Below are positions 40,443 through 53,360 of a stretch of 64,000 bases of DNA, in pieces. A model generated the notes under the pieces. The model made no database searches. It saw only the letters and a program-made list of their open reading frames with translations, and was not told where the DNA came from. The position numbers and the translations under genes are program-made. Location: NCBI GenBank assembly GCA_951406725.2, contig OX597818.1, positions 113,894,001 through 113,958,000 on the forward strand. The letters run 5' to 3'. Numbering within the stretch: position 1 is the stretch's first letter; each line of letters starts with the position of its first letter. This stretch comes from Octopus vulgaris (Eukaryota).

Positions 40443-43400
40443 GTGATTGTTTGTTTGTTTCTTTGTTTGTTGGTTTGTTGGTTGGTTTGTTTCTTTGTTT
40501 GTTTGATTTTGTTTGTTTTCATTTTTTGTTTGTTTGCTGGTTTGTTTGTTTGTTGGGTTATTGGTTTGTTGGTTTCTTTGTTTTTGTTTGTTTGTTTGTT
40601 TGTTGGTTTGTTTGTTTGTTGGATTGTTGGTTTGTTTGTTTGTTTGATTTTGTTTGTTTTTTCTTTATTGTTTGTTAATTTGCTATTTTGTTTGTTTGTT
40701 TGTTGGTTTGTTTGTTGTGGTTTTTTGCTTGTTTGTTTGTTGGTTTCTTTGTATGATTCTTTGTTACTTTGTTGGTTTGTTTGTTTGTTTTCTTGCTTGT
40801 TTATTTGTTTTTGTTTGTTTTTTGTTTGTTTGTTGGTTTGTATATTGGTTATTTGGTTTGTTTGTTTGTTGGGTGGTTTGTTTGTTTGTTTGTTGGTTTG
40901 TTTGTTTGTTTGTTTGTTGGGTGGTTTGTTGGTTTGTTTGTTGGTTTGTTTGTTTGTTTGTTTGTTGGGTGGTTTGGTGGTTGGTTGGTTGGTTTGTCTG
41001 TTTGTTGGTTTGTTTGTTGTTTGTTGGTTTGTTTGTTGGGTGCTTTGTTGGTTTGTTTGTTTGTTTGTTGTGTGGTTTGTTGGTTTGTTTGTTTGTTTGT
41101 TGGTTGGTTTTTTGTTTGTTTGTTTTTTGTTTGTTTGTTGGTTGGTTTCTTGGTTTGTTTGTTTATTTGTTTGCTGGTTGGTTTGTTGGTTGGTTTCTTT
41201 GTTTGCTGGTTGATTTGTTGGTTGGTTTGTTTATTTGATGGTTTCTTTGTTTGTTGGTTTGTTGGTTTCTTTGTATGATTCTTTGTTTCTTTGTTGGTTT
41301 GTCTGTTTGTTTGCTTGCTTGTTTGTTTGTTTGTTTTAGTTTGTTTTTTGTTTGTTGTTTTGTTTGTTGGTTTGTTTGTTTGTTTGTTTATTTGTTTGTT
41401 TGTTCGTTTGTTGGGTGGTTTGTTGGTTTGTTTGTTGGGTGGTTTGTTGGTTTGTTTGTTTGTTTGTTGGGTGGTTGGTTTGTTTGTTTGTTGGTTTTTT
41501 GTTTGTTTGTTTGTTGGTGTGTTTGTTTGTTTTTTGTTTGTTTGTTTGTTGGTTTGTTTGTTTATTTGTTTGCTGGTTGTTTTGCTAGTTTGCTTGTTTC
41601 TAGGTTTGTTGGTTTGTTTTTTTTGCCGGTTTGTTTCTTTGTTGGTTAGCTGTTTTGTTTCTTTGTAGGTTTGTTGGTTTGTTTGTTTGTTTGTTTCTTT
41701 CTTTCTTTCTTGGTTTGTTTGTTTGTTTGTTTGTTTGCTGGTTTGTTTGTTTCTTTGTTGTGATCTTGGTTTCGTGGTTTGTTGGATTGGTGGTTTGTTT
41801 GTTTGTTGTTTGGTTTGTTGGTTGGTTTTTATGCTTGTTTGTTTGTTTGTTGGTTTGTTTGTTGTTTTTTTTTGGTTTGTGGGATTGTTGGTTTCTTGGT
41901 TTGTTTATAGATTGTTCGTTTGTTTGTTTGTCTGTTTGTTTTTTGTTTGTTGGTATGTAGGTTTGTTTGTTTGTTGGTTTGTTGGTTTGTTGGTTTGTTT
42001 GTTTGTTTGGTTATTTGGTTTGTTGGTTTGTTTGTTTGTTTGTTTGTTGGTGTGTTGGCTTTTTGTTGTTTATTGTTCATTTGTTGGTTTGTTTGTTTGT
42101 TTGATTGTAAGTTTGTTTGTTGGTTTATTGGTATGTTTGTTTGTTGGGTTGTTTGTTGGTTTGTTGGCTTTTTGTTTGTTGGTTTGTTTGTTTGTTGGTT
42201 TCTTGGTATGTTTGTTTTTTGGTGTGTTTGTTTCTTTGTTTTTTGTTTCTTGGTTTCTTGGTTTGTTTGTTTGTTGGTTGGTTTGTTGGATGTTGGTTTG
42301 TTTGTATGTTTGTTTGTTGGTTTGCTTGTTTCTAGGTTTGTTGGTTTGTTTTTTTGTTGGTTTGTTTGTTTCTTGGTTTGTTTGTTTGTCTGTTTGTTTC
42401 TTTTTTTTTGTTGGTTTATTGGTCTGTTTGTTTGCTGGTTTGTTTGTTTGTTTGTTTGTTTGTTGGTTTGTTTGTTTGTTTGTAGATTTTGTGGGTTTGT
42501 TAGTTTTTGTTTGCTTGTTTGTTGGTTTGTTTGTTTGTTAGTTTGTTGGTTTGTTTATTTGTTTCTTTGTTTGTTGGTTTGTTTGTTTGTTTGTTCGTTT
42601 GTTTGTTTGTTGGTTTGTTGGTTTCTTGGTTTGTTTGTTTGTTTGTTTGTTTGTTTATTTGATTGTTAGTTTGTTTATGTGTTTGTTTCATTGTTTGTTG
42701 GGTTTTTTTGCTTGTTTATTTTTGTTTCTTTGTCTGTTTATTTTTGTTTCTTTGTTTGTTGGTTTGTTGGCTGTTGGTTTGTTGGATTGTTGGTTTGTTT
42801 GATTGTTTGTTGGTTTGTTGGTTTGTTTGTTTGTTGGTTTCTTGGTTTATTGGTTTGTTTGTTTGTTTGTTTGTTTGTTTATTTGTTTGTTAGCTTGTTT
42901 ATGTGTTTGTTTCATTGTTTGTTGGTTTTTTTTGCTTGTTTGTTTGTTTGTTTGTTTATTTTTGTTGGTTTGTTTATTGGTTTGTTTGTTTGTGTTTATT
43001 GGTTTGTTCGTTTGTTTGTTGGTTTGTTGATTTATTTTTTGTTTGATTGTTTGTTTGTTAGTTTGTGTGTTTGTTGGTTTGTTGGTTTGTTGGATTGTTG
43101 GTTAGTTTGTTTGTTTGTTTGTTTGCTAGTTTGCTTGCTTCTTTGTTTGTTTGTTTGTTTGTTGGATTGTTTGATTGTTTGTTTGTTGATTTCTTTGTTG
43201 GTTTGATTTTTTTGTGGTTTGTTGTTTTGTTGGTTTCTTTGTTGGTTTGATTTTTTTGTGGTTTGTTGTTTTGTTTGTTTGTTGGTTAGTTTGTTTGTTT
43301 TTTGTTTGTTTGTTTGTTTGTTAGTTGGTTTGTTTGTTTGTTTCTTAGTGTGTTTGTTTGTTTGTTCCTTGGTTTGTTTGTTTGTTGGTTAGTTGGTTTG

Positions 43401-44060
43401 TTTGTTTGTTTCTTGGTTTGTTTGCTTGTTTGTTTCTTGGTTTGTTTGTTTGTTTGTTTGTTTGATTTTTGGTTGGTTTTTTGTTTGTTGTTTTGTTGGT
43501 TTGTTGGTTTCTTAGTTTGTTGTGTTTTTTGCTTGTTTGTTTGTTTCTTTCTTTCTTTCTTTGTTTCATTGTCTGTTTATTTTTCTTGGTTTGTTTCTTT
43601 GTTTGTTGGTTCTTTGGTTTGTGGGTTTGTTGGTTTGTTTGTTTGTTCGTTTGCTTGTTTGTTTGTCTGTTTGTCTGTTTGTTTGTTGGTCTTTTGTTTG
43701 TTTGTTTGTTGGTTTGTTTATTTGTTTGTTTGTTTGTTTGCTTGCTCCTTTGCTTGCTTGCTAGTTTACTTGCTTGCTTGCTTCTTTGTTTCTTTCTTTG
43801 TTTTTTGTTTGTTTGTTCGTTCGTTTGTTTTGTTTTTTGTTTGTTTGCTTCTTTGTTTGTTTGTTTGCTGGTTTGTTTGTTGGTTCTTTTTGCTTGTTTA
43901 TTTGTTTGGCTGGTTGGTTGTTTGGTTCTTTGGTTGGTTGTTTTGTTTGTTTGTTTGTTTGTTTTTTTCCGGTTCGTTGGTTTGTTGGTGTGTTTGTTTG
44001 TTTGTTTTTTCATTTTTTTGTTTGTCTGTTTGGTTGTTTGTTTATTTGTTTGGTGGTTTG
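40443..44060. repeat. 3.6-kb degenerate (GTTT/GTTG)n tract
   Basis: Direct reading; explains all ORFs called in this interval. Confidence 0.97.
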
Positions 44061-45347
44061 AGGAAAGACACATGATTTGAAGGTGGCACTCTTCCTCAAA
44101 GGACTCTAGTGCTTTTCCTTTACTCATAGTTTAAGGAATTGACTTCAGTCAGGTTTTATGTTGAAGAATTGGTGATAAACCATTGCACTGCTGTTCATTA
44201 TAACAGCTATGTTAGAGATATATGTGCGGAGGACTTGCTTTGTCATCCAATTCAGTTGGTGCTAAAAATAAAGCAAAATAACGTTTTTGGATAAATCTTT
44301 TAAGTTCATATTATCGCATTAAATGCGTATTGAATGCTTAAAACCACAAAAGATGTGTTGTTTACTCGTTTTCAGCATGTAGAATACAAATATTGACAAC
44401 ACATACTATTTTTCAGGATGTCGACGACAAAATGACAGCTTCCAAATCATGTTTCCTGACTGAGAGAAAATTATCAAAATTCAAACCTCTATAACTTTTT
44501 AAAAACATTTTTCTGAAAAAAGTGAAATGACTCCAGCAATTCAGCTTAGAAAACTACATTAATGTGACTAATTTTAAAATTTTCGATAAACTTTAATTTT
44601 TGAAATGCTGGCAGCCAAACAGAAAAGATCCTAGTTATCTTTACCCCTGTCTTCAAAACCCAGGATGACACTTTCTTGGTTATTTCAATTTTGTTCACTT
44701 TTTTGAGTGTCCTTCGTGTATTGCTTTGTAATAGTAGATAGGACATACAGACATGCATTAATCTGCCTGCATTAAGGTTCATTAACACAGCTATAAATAT
44801 TCATTAACAGCTTATAATACCGTGTCTGTTGGTCTTTTGCTTACTCAAAGTTATTTTTTCTTGGAAATTTTATCAAGAGAATATTTCACCGATTTATAAC
44901 CCTGACTACTACTACTACTACAATAATCGTTACGGTTGTGCTTGCAATTTTCCATAGTCGTAATAGAGGGACAGTGGTCAGTTGCTTTAGCCTGTATAAT
45001 GTCGTTAGACTGGCAAGCAGCTTAGTATCAGTTGGAATCGCAAATTATCAAACAACATGGTGTTCAAACAGCGTTCATGCCTTTGTTTATACTGTTTGGG
45101 AAAAGGTTAATTTCAGATCTTTTTTTTTAATAATTTTTTTTATAAAATTACATTCTCTAACTTTCTTCCCGTGTCCCACAAATTGGGATAATTGTTTCGC
45201 CATAAAATCATTTAGTTCAGGGTGCAAATCGTTCCAGTATGCTTTCAGTCTAGTTATATATCCAACAGCAGGGTTTTGTTTCGATTTTCACTAACAGTTA
45301 GATAAATAAATCATTGTTCAGTTCATAACGCTAAGAAAAATGTGGGG

Positions 45348-45425
<78 letters not shown>

Positions 45426-45975
45426 CGTGCGTGCGTGCGTACGCGCGCGCTTTTTCGGAAAGGGACCCTCTATCCATTTAAAATGCATGATGCAAAAAAC
45501 AATTTGAAAACTCCCGGCGGAAATCTTTCGTTACACATCTGTGACCTCTTCAGATTTCCGGACAATGGACAGGCGTTAACATAATAAAATAACAGTAATA
45601 AACGAGCAAAGCAAAAATTTAAAAAATAAAATGACCATCCCGAAATACAATATTTATACACACACACGCACAAACATGCACACACACACACGCACACACA
45701 TACATACAAATGCATACTTACGCGCGCCCGCGCACACACACATATGCACACAAACACATAACTCCAATTATTACATATGTGCTGTAAGGTATTTCTCAAA
45801 GAGTTCGGTAATTTATATTGTTTTTGAGTAAGAGTAACACGGTTATATTTTATAAATTTTGGTCTATATTGAATTTAAAAGGTATTTTACGTTCACTTGT
45901 AAATTTAGACGGCTTCGTAATGAAGAAAATGATGACTGATAAATTTAACACCAAAGACTTGATCAGAGTCTAACG

Positions 45976-46238
45976 CAGTGGTTCTTAACTGGGGTCAATA
46001 TACCCCTAGGGGTTCCATATAAGATTTGCGTTTTAAAATCTGTGTACAATAAATTGGTTATACTTCTACAGTACACAAAATATTTTAACAAATTTTGAAA
46101 TGCAATTCCCAATAATATTTAGTTATAAAAAAAATAATACGATTTTCTAAACATTGGATTGCTAGGAAGGTACGAACATCCAAGTAAAATGGATCTCAAA
46201 GATGTCGATAGGTGAAAAACAATGGTTCAGAAAAACTT
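45976..46238. mobile_element. hAT (Charlie-like) MITE, decayed
   Basis: Left end CAGTGGTTCTTAAC; degenerate right end GGTTCAGAAAAACT. Confidence 0.55.
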
Positions 46239-46249
46239 CCCTTTAGAAA

Positions 46250-46639
46250 TTTGTTACTCTAACTTTGTGATGGCTGGCTGAGTACAATTTTATAATTAAT
46301 AAGAAGAAATGAATATTTCTCCATGAATTTAATAAACTACTTTACCTTAAACGTTGACCTCAGACGTCTTCTTCCTGAAACAAAAGTGATTTGACTCTAA
46401 ACATTTAGCAGACGACAGCTTTACGTCTCCTCATAAATGGAATACTTCGGGTGTTTCCGCATAATTCCGGTTTTTAACGATTTTTTTGCTAAATAACTGC
46501 GTGCTTGTGTGTGAGAGTATAGGCGTGTGTGTGTGTGAGAGAGAGGGGGAGAAAGAGAGAGAGAGAAAGAAAGAAAGGAAGGAATATCTCGGGTGTTTCC
46601 GGATAATTCCGGTTTAAACGCTGTTTTTTTAAATGTGTC

Positions 46640-46713
<74 letters not shown>

Positions 46714-46821
46714 TGAGAGAAAGAGAAAAAAAGTAAGTAAGAAAGAAAGAAAGATAGAAAGAAAGAAGGAAAGTGAGAAGGAAAGAAAGGAAAAGAATAT
46801 GATAGATAAATAGGTGGGTAA

Positions 46822-46901
<80 letters not shown>

Positions 46902-47005
46902 GTGGGTAGGTAGGTAGGTAGGTCGATGGACGGACAGACAGAGGAAGGAGAGGGGAGACAGCAGTGAAAGAGTGATATCAATGGCGAAGAGAGAGAGAGA
47001 GAGAT

Positions 47006-47053
<48 letters not shown>

Positions 47054-47449
47054 AAGATAGATTAAATGTCAAAGTGTCACCAAATAAAGAAAAGAATATG
47101 AAAGACAGATGAGGAGAGGAGGAGAGTAACAGAAAAAGTTTTGGCTTAAACGTAAATATGTGTGGATGGAACGGTCATGTATGGGTATCATGTCAAAACT
47201 GGACATATTATTGATTAAGTTCTATGAGAAATACGATCAAATAGATTTATTCATGGTCAAAATTAAGTAATTAAGAAACTGGCTTTGTTTTCCTTTATAT
47301 TCAGTGTGTTGTTCCGTCTTTAGAGGTGGCCGGGAGTGATATTTAAGACGATTTGGTTGTTGTTTCTAGCAGGTCGAGAAACTACGTAGAGACTTTCTTG
47401 TTAGACTTGATTGTGTGAGGATCGATAGATGCATTCACACACACACACC

Positions 47450-47492
<43 letters not shown>

Positions 47493-48406
47493 GGACACAC
47501 ACACACACACCAACACGGACATACATACACACTACACACATGTATGTATGTGTATGATCATATATAAAAATGACAAAAACTCACAGGGAAAATCTATTTT
47601 AGCTGTGGTTACCTTTTGGGAGAAGGCAGACGATTCCTCCAGGAATTGGATTACATACGTTTCTGAATACGGAATGTAATAAAATAAATTTAATAAAGGT
47701 GGCTTACCTTCAGTTTAAACTTTAGCAGGTTTCTTCACGGAAAGAAAGGTGACGGACAACCATGGCACCAAAGACTTGATGAGAGTCTAGACCAGGACTG
47801 GCCACCTGAGGCCCGCGGGCCGCAGGCTTTTATCTTGCGGCCCGCTTCATACTTTCTTCAAATGGGTTTATTTATGGAAACATTTTAAAACTTTTATCAA
47901 AAATTAAAGATGAAAAAACGAAGATACTTCTGTTTTAGCAATGATAATATTTCAAGTTGAATCAACGGTCATTCATTCTTTATTGTAAAAATAGCTTGAG
48001 ATATTAAAATGTTCTCAATTCTGTCAGTATAGAAGCTGCCCCACCAAAAACTTTCTGTGATTAAAGTGGCTGGGAATGTAATTCGTGTTGGCCAAGCCTG
48101 TTCTAGACAATTCCAATTTTCTGTTTAGAAATCTATTTTTCTAACTTTGTGATGGCTGGCTGAGTACAATTTTATAATTAATAAAAAGAAATGAATATTT
48201 TTCCATGAATTTAATAAACTACTTTACCTTAAACGTTGACCTCAGACGTCTTCTTCCTGAAACAAAAGTGATTTGACTCTAAACATTTAGCAGACGACAG
48301 CTTTACGTCTCCTCATAAATGGAATACTTCGGGTGTTTCCGCATAATTCCGGTTTAAACGCTTTTTTGTTAAATAACTGTGTGCATGTGCGCGTGAGAGA
48401 GAGGGA

Positions 48407-48437
<31 letters not shown>

Positions 48438-48651
48438 AAGAAAGAAAGGAATATCTCCGGTGTTTCCAGATAATTCCGGTTTAAACGCTGTTTGTTAAAT
48501 GTGTGTGTGAGAGAGAGAGAGAGTGAGAGACAGAATGAAGAAAAAGAAAGAAAGTAAGAAAGAAAGATAGAAAGAAAGAAGGGAAGGTAGAAAGAAAGAA
48601 GGAAAGTGAGAAAGAATGAAAGGAAAAGAATATGATAGATAAATAGGTGGG

Positions 48652-48726
<75 letters not shown>

Positions 48727-50096
48727 ACAGACAGACAGACAGAGGGAGGAGAGGGGAGTCTGCAGTGAAAGAGTGATATCAATGGCGAAGAGCGAGAGAG
48801 AGAAGAAAGATAGATTAAATGTCAAAGTGTCGCCAAATAAAGAAAAGAATATGAAAGACAGATGAGGAGAGGAGGAGAGTAACAGAAAAAGTTTTGACTT
48901 AAATGTAAATATGTATGGATGGAAAGGTCATGTATGGGTATCATGTCGAAACTGGACATATTATTAAGTTCTATGACAAATACGATCAAATAGATTTATG
49001 GTCTAAATTACTCAAGTAATTAAGAAACTGGCTTTGTTTTCCTTTTTTAGAGGTGGCCGCGAGGGATATTTAAGACGATTTGGTTGTTGTTTCTAGCAGG
49101 TCGAGAAACTACGTAGAGACTTTCTTGTTAGACTTGATTGTGTGAGCATCGATAGAAACATCTACACACACACACCAACACGGACACGCATACACACACA
49201 CACACATGTATTTATGTGTATGATCATATATATAAAAATATGACAAAAACTCACAGGGAAAATCTATTTTAGCTGTGGTTACCTTTTGGGAGAAGGCAGA
49301 CGATTTCTCCAGAAATTGGATTACTTACGTTTCTGAATATGGAATGTAATAAAATGAATTTAATAAAGGTGGCTTACCTTCAGTTTAAACTTTAGCAGGT
49401 TTCTTCACGGAAAGAAAGGTGACGGACAACCATGGCACCAAAGACTTGATGAGAGTCTAGACCAGGGCTGGCCACCTGAGGCCCGCAGGCCGCATGCGGA
49501 CCGCAGGCTTTTATCTTGCGGCCCGCTTCATACTTTCTTGGAATGGGTTTATTTAAGGAAACATTTTAAAACTTTTTTTCACAAATTAAAGATGGTAATG
49601 AAAAGTAAAAAAGGGAGATACTACTGTTTTAGCAATGATAAACGTTCATTCATTCATTATTATAGTAATAGCATGAAAATTAAAAATGTTCTCAATTCTG
49701 TCAGTATAGAAGCTGCCCCACCAAAAACTTTCTGTGATTAAAGTGGCTGGGAATGTAATTCGTGTTGGCCAAGCCTGTTCTAGACAATTCCAATTTTCTG
49801 TTTAGAAATCTATTTTTCTAGCTTTGTGATGGCTGGCTGAGTACAATTTTATAATTAATAAGAAGAAATGAATATTTACCAATGAATTTAATAAACTACT
49901 TTACCTTAAACGTTGACCTCAGACGTCTTCTTCCTGAAACAAAAGTGATTTGACTCTAAACATTTAGCAGACGACAGCTTTACGTCTCCTCATAAATGGA
50001 ATACTTCGGGTGTTTACGGATAATTCCGGTTTAAACGCTTCTTTGTTAAATAACTGTGTGCATGTGCGCGTGAGAGAGAGGGTGAGAAAGAGAGAG

Positions 50097-50131
<35 letters not shown>

Positions 50132-50197
50132 AAGAAAGTAGGAAAGGAATATCTCTGGTGTTTCCGGGTAATTCCGGTTTAAACGCTGTTTGTTAAA

Positions 50198-50242
<45 letters not shown>

Positions 50243-50370
50243 GAGTGGAGAAAGAGACAGAAAGTAAGAAAGAAAGAAAGAAAGAAAGAAGGGAAGGTAG
50301 AAAGAGAGATAGAAAGAAAGAAAGGGAAGGAAAAGATCCGAATAGGATAGATAAATAGATGGGTAAGTAA

Positions 50371-50446
<76 letters not shown>

Positions 50447-51712
50447 GTGGGTAGGTAGGTAGGTATTATAGGTAGATGGACGGACAGACAGAGGAAGGAG
50501 AGGAGAGACTGCAGTAAAAGAGTGATATCAATGGCGAAGAGAGAGAGAGAGAGAGAGAGAGAGAAGAAAGATAGATTAAATGTCAAAGTGTCGCCAAATA
50601 AAGAAAAGAATATGAAGGACAGATGAGGAGAGGAGGAGAGTAACAGAAAAAGTTTTGGCTTAAACGTAAATATGTGTGGATGGAACGATCATGTATGGGT
50701 ATCATGTCAAAACTAGACATATTATTAAGTTCTATGACAAATACGATCAAATAGATTTATTCATGGTCAAAATTACTCAAGTAATGAAGAAATTGGCTTT
50801 GTTTTCCTTTTTTAGAGGTGGCCGTGGGTGATATTTAAGACGATTTGGTTGTTGTTTCTAGCAGATAGAGAAACTACGTAGAGACTTTCTTGTTAGACTT
50901 TGTTCTGTGAGGATCGATAGATGCATCTACACACACACACACACACACACGTATACAGACACACGGACACACACACATCCACGTACACACACACACTACA
51001 CACATGTATGCATGTGTACGATCATATATAAAAAAATGACAAAAACTCACAGAAAAAAATCTATTTTAGTTGGTTTCTTCACGGAAAGAAAGGTGACGGA
51101 CAACCATGGCACCAAAGACTTGATGAGAGTCTAGACCAGGGCTGGCCACCTGAGGCCCGCGGGCCGCAGGCTTTTATCTTGCGGCCCGCTTCATACTTTC
51201 TTGGAATGGGTTTATTTAAGGGAACATTTTAAAACTTTTATCAAAAATTAAAGATGAAAAAACGAAGATACTTCTGTTTTAGCAATGATAATATTTCAAG
51301 TTGAATCAACGGTCATTCATTCTTTATTGTAATAATAGCATGACAAATATTAAAATGCTTTCAATTCTGTCAGTATAGAAGCTGCCCCACCAAAAACTTT
51401 CTGTGATTAAAGTGGCCGGGAACGGAATTCGAGTTGGCCAAGCCTGTTCTAGACAATTCCAATTTTCTGTTTAGAAATCTATTTTTCTAGCTTTGTGATG
51501 GCTGGCTGAGTACAATTTTATGATTAATAAGAAGAAATGAATATTTTTCCATGAATTTAATAAACTACTTTACCTTAAACGTTGACCTCAGACGTCTTCT
51601 TCCTGAAACAAAAGTGATTTGACTCTAAGCATTTAGCAGACGACAGCTTTACGTCTCTTCATAAATGGAATACTTCGGGTGTTTCCGGATAATTCCGGTT
51701 TAAACGCTGTTT
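46250..51712. repeat. tandem segmental repeat, 3 full units plus a partial fourth
   Basis: Anchor CTTTGTGATGGCTGGCTGAGTAC at 46263, 48145, 49822 and 51491 (periods 1882, 1677, 1669 bp). Confidence 0.95.
47793..48100. mobile_element. hAT MITE (also 49463-49777 and 51137-51446)
   Basis: TIRs CAGG(A/G)CTGGCCA / TGGCCAAGCCTG, 8-bp TSD GTCTAGAC/TTCTAGAC. Confidence 0.85.
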
Positions 51713-52088
51713 CCTAATCATCTATGCGTGTGTATGTATGAAGGTATACGTGAGAGTGAGAGAGAGAGGGGGGGAGAAAGGTAGGGAGAAAGAAAGAAGG
51801 AAAGAATGAAAGCAACAAAGCAGGACAACGTAGTGGAGGCTGGAGTGAAAGAGTGAAAGAGAAAGAGAGAGTGAGGGAGAAAGATGGTGAATGATTGATA
51901 ATGATTCGCAATCTGGAGAAAGGAATGGAATATAAAAGATAGGTGGGTAAGTAGAGAGATAGATGGAGAGAGCGGAGGCTGGAGAAGTCTGTAAAAGAAT
52001 ATCAATGACGAAAACAGAGAAGGGCTCAAAGTTGGGAACAAAAAAATTACAGTGGAGACATACAGGGAAACCGAACGAAAACCATATA

Positions 52089-53115
52089 TCTATATATATA
52101 AAACTCTAGTTGTGTGAGTGTCTGTCCCCTTCGATTTAGATTCCTAACTCCCCCCACATTTTGCGGTGCAGTTTAACCAAATTCGGGTATCTTATAGTCG
52201 TGATTCATATCGAGCCCGTCTGGCTATTAGCGCGCGTCTACGATGAGTCTACGATTTAAAAAATAATTTAACATCATTTTTTATTCCATTTTAATGCATA
52301 ATTTTTCGTGTGTCGATGGCGGCGGAGTTGGCGTCCACGCTCACAGCTGCACCTGTTTGCTTCTCCCCCTTCCCTCCCTCGTGAAGCTGTGGGGAAGGGA
52401 GTGTAAAGAAATCAACGTCGTAATGCGTTGTCAAGGAGACCAGCGTTCTTTTAGAACAACGACTTCATGGCTTGAAGACACCAAAACAGAAATGGCTAAG
52501 AAAGCCCGAATTGGCATCTATAAGGGAAGTAACTCTCTAAAAATGCTTATATAGTTATTTCCCTTACAAACCCGAGCAACGCCGGGCGATACTGCTAGTC
52601 TATATATATAAAACTGTAGTTGTGTGAGTGTCTGTCCCCTTCGATTTAGATTCCTAACTACTCCCACATTTTGCGGTGCAGTTTAACCAAATTCGGGTAT
52701 CTTATAGTCGTGATTAATATCGAGCCCGTCTGGCTATTAGCGCGCGTCTACGATGAGTCTGCGATTTTAAAAATAATTTAACATCATTTTTTATTCCATT
52801 TTAATGCATAATTTTTCGTGTGTCGATGGCGGCGGAGTTGGCGTCCACGCTCAAACACCTGCACCTGTGTTTGCTTTTCCCCCTTCTTCCCTCCCTCGTG
52901 AAGCTGTGGGGAAGGGAGTGTAAGGAAATCAACGTCGTAATGCGTTGTCAAGGAGACCAGCGTTCTTTTAGAACAACGACTTCATGGCTTGAAGACACCA
53001 AAACAGAAATGGCTAAGAAAGCGCGAATTGGCATCTATAACGGAAGTAACTCACTAAAAATGCTTATATAGTTATTTCCCTTACAAACCCGAGCAACGCC
53101 GGGCGATACTGCTAG
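52089..53115 (+). mobile_element. non-autonomous Helitron, head-to-tail dimer (52089-52598, 52599-53115)
   Basis: 5' TCTATATATATAAAA, 3' hairpin CCCGAGCAACGCCGGG then CTAG, inserted between A and T, no TSD. Confidence 0.92.
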
Positions 53116-53323
53116 TATATATATATAGTAATAAGTTATGCACGCGAGAGCTGTGTGTGTGTGTGTGACATGTATGTGTGTGTAAGAGAGAGAGAGAGGG
53201 AGGCAGAGAAAGAGGGAGGTAGAGAAGGAGGAAGATATAGAGATACATATATAGTAACATAAATTATGCTCGCGCGAAGTTCTGTGGATATGTGTGGGTG
53301 TGTGGGTGTGCGCGTGCATGCGT

Positions 53324-53359
<36 letters not shown>

Positions 53360-53360
53360 C

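Noticed and set aside
40443-44127. Long hydrophobic ORFs (up to 284 aa) and a QTNK-rich antisense ORF
   Set aside because: Translations of the (GTTT)n tract; open in multiple frames because the tract rarely contains stop codons
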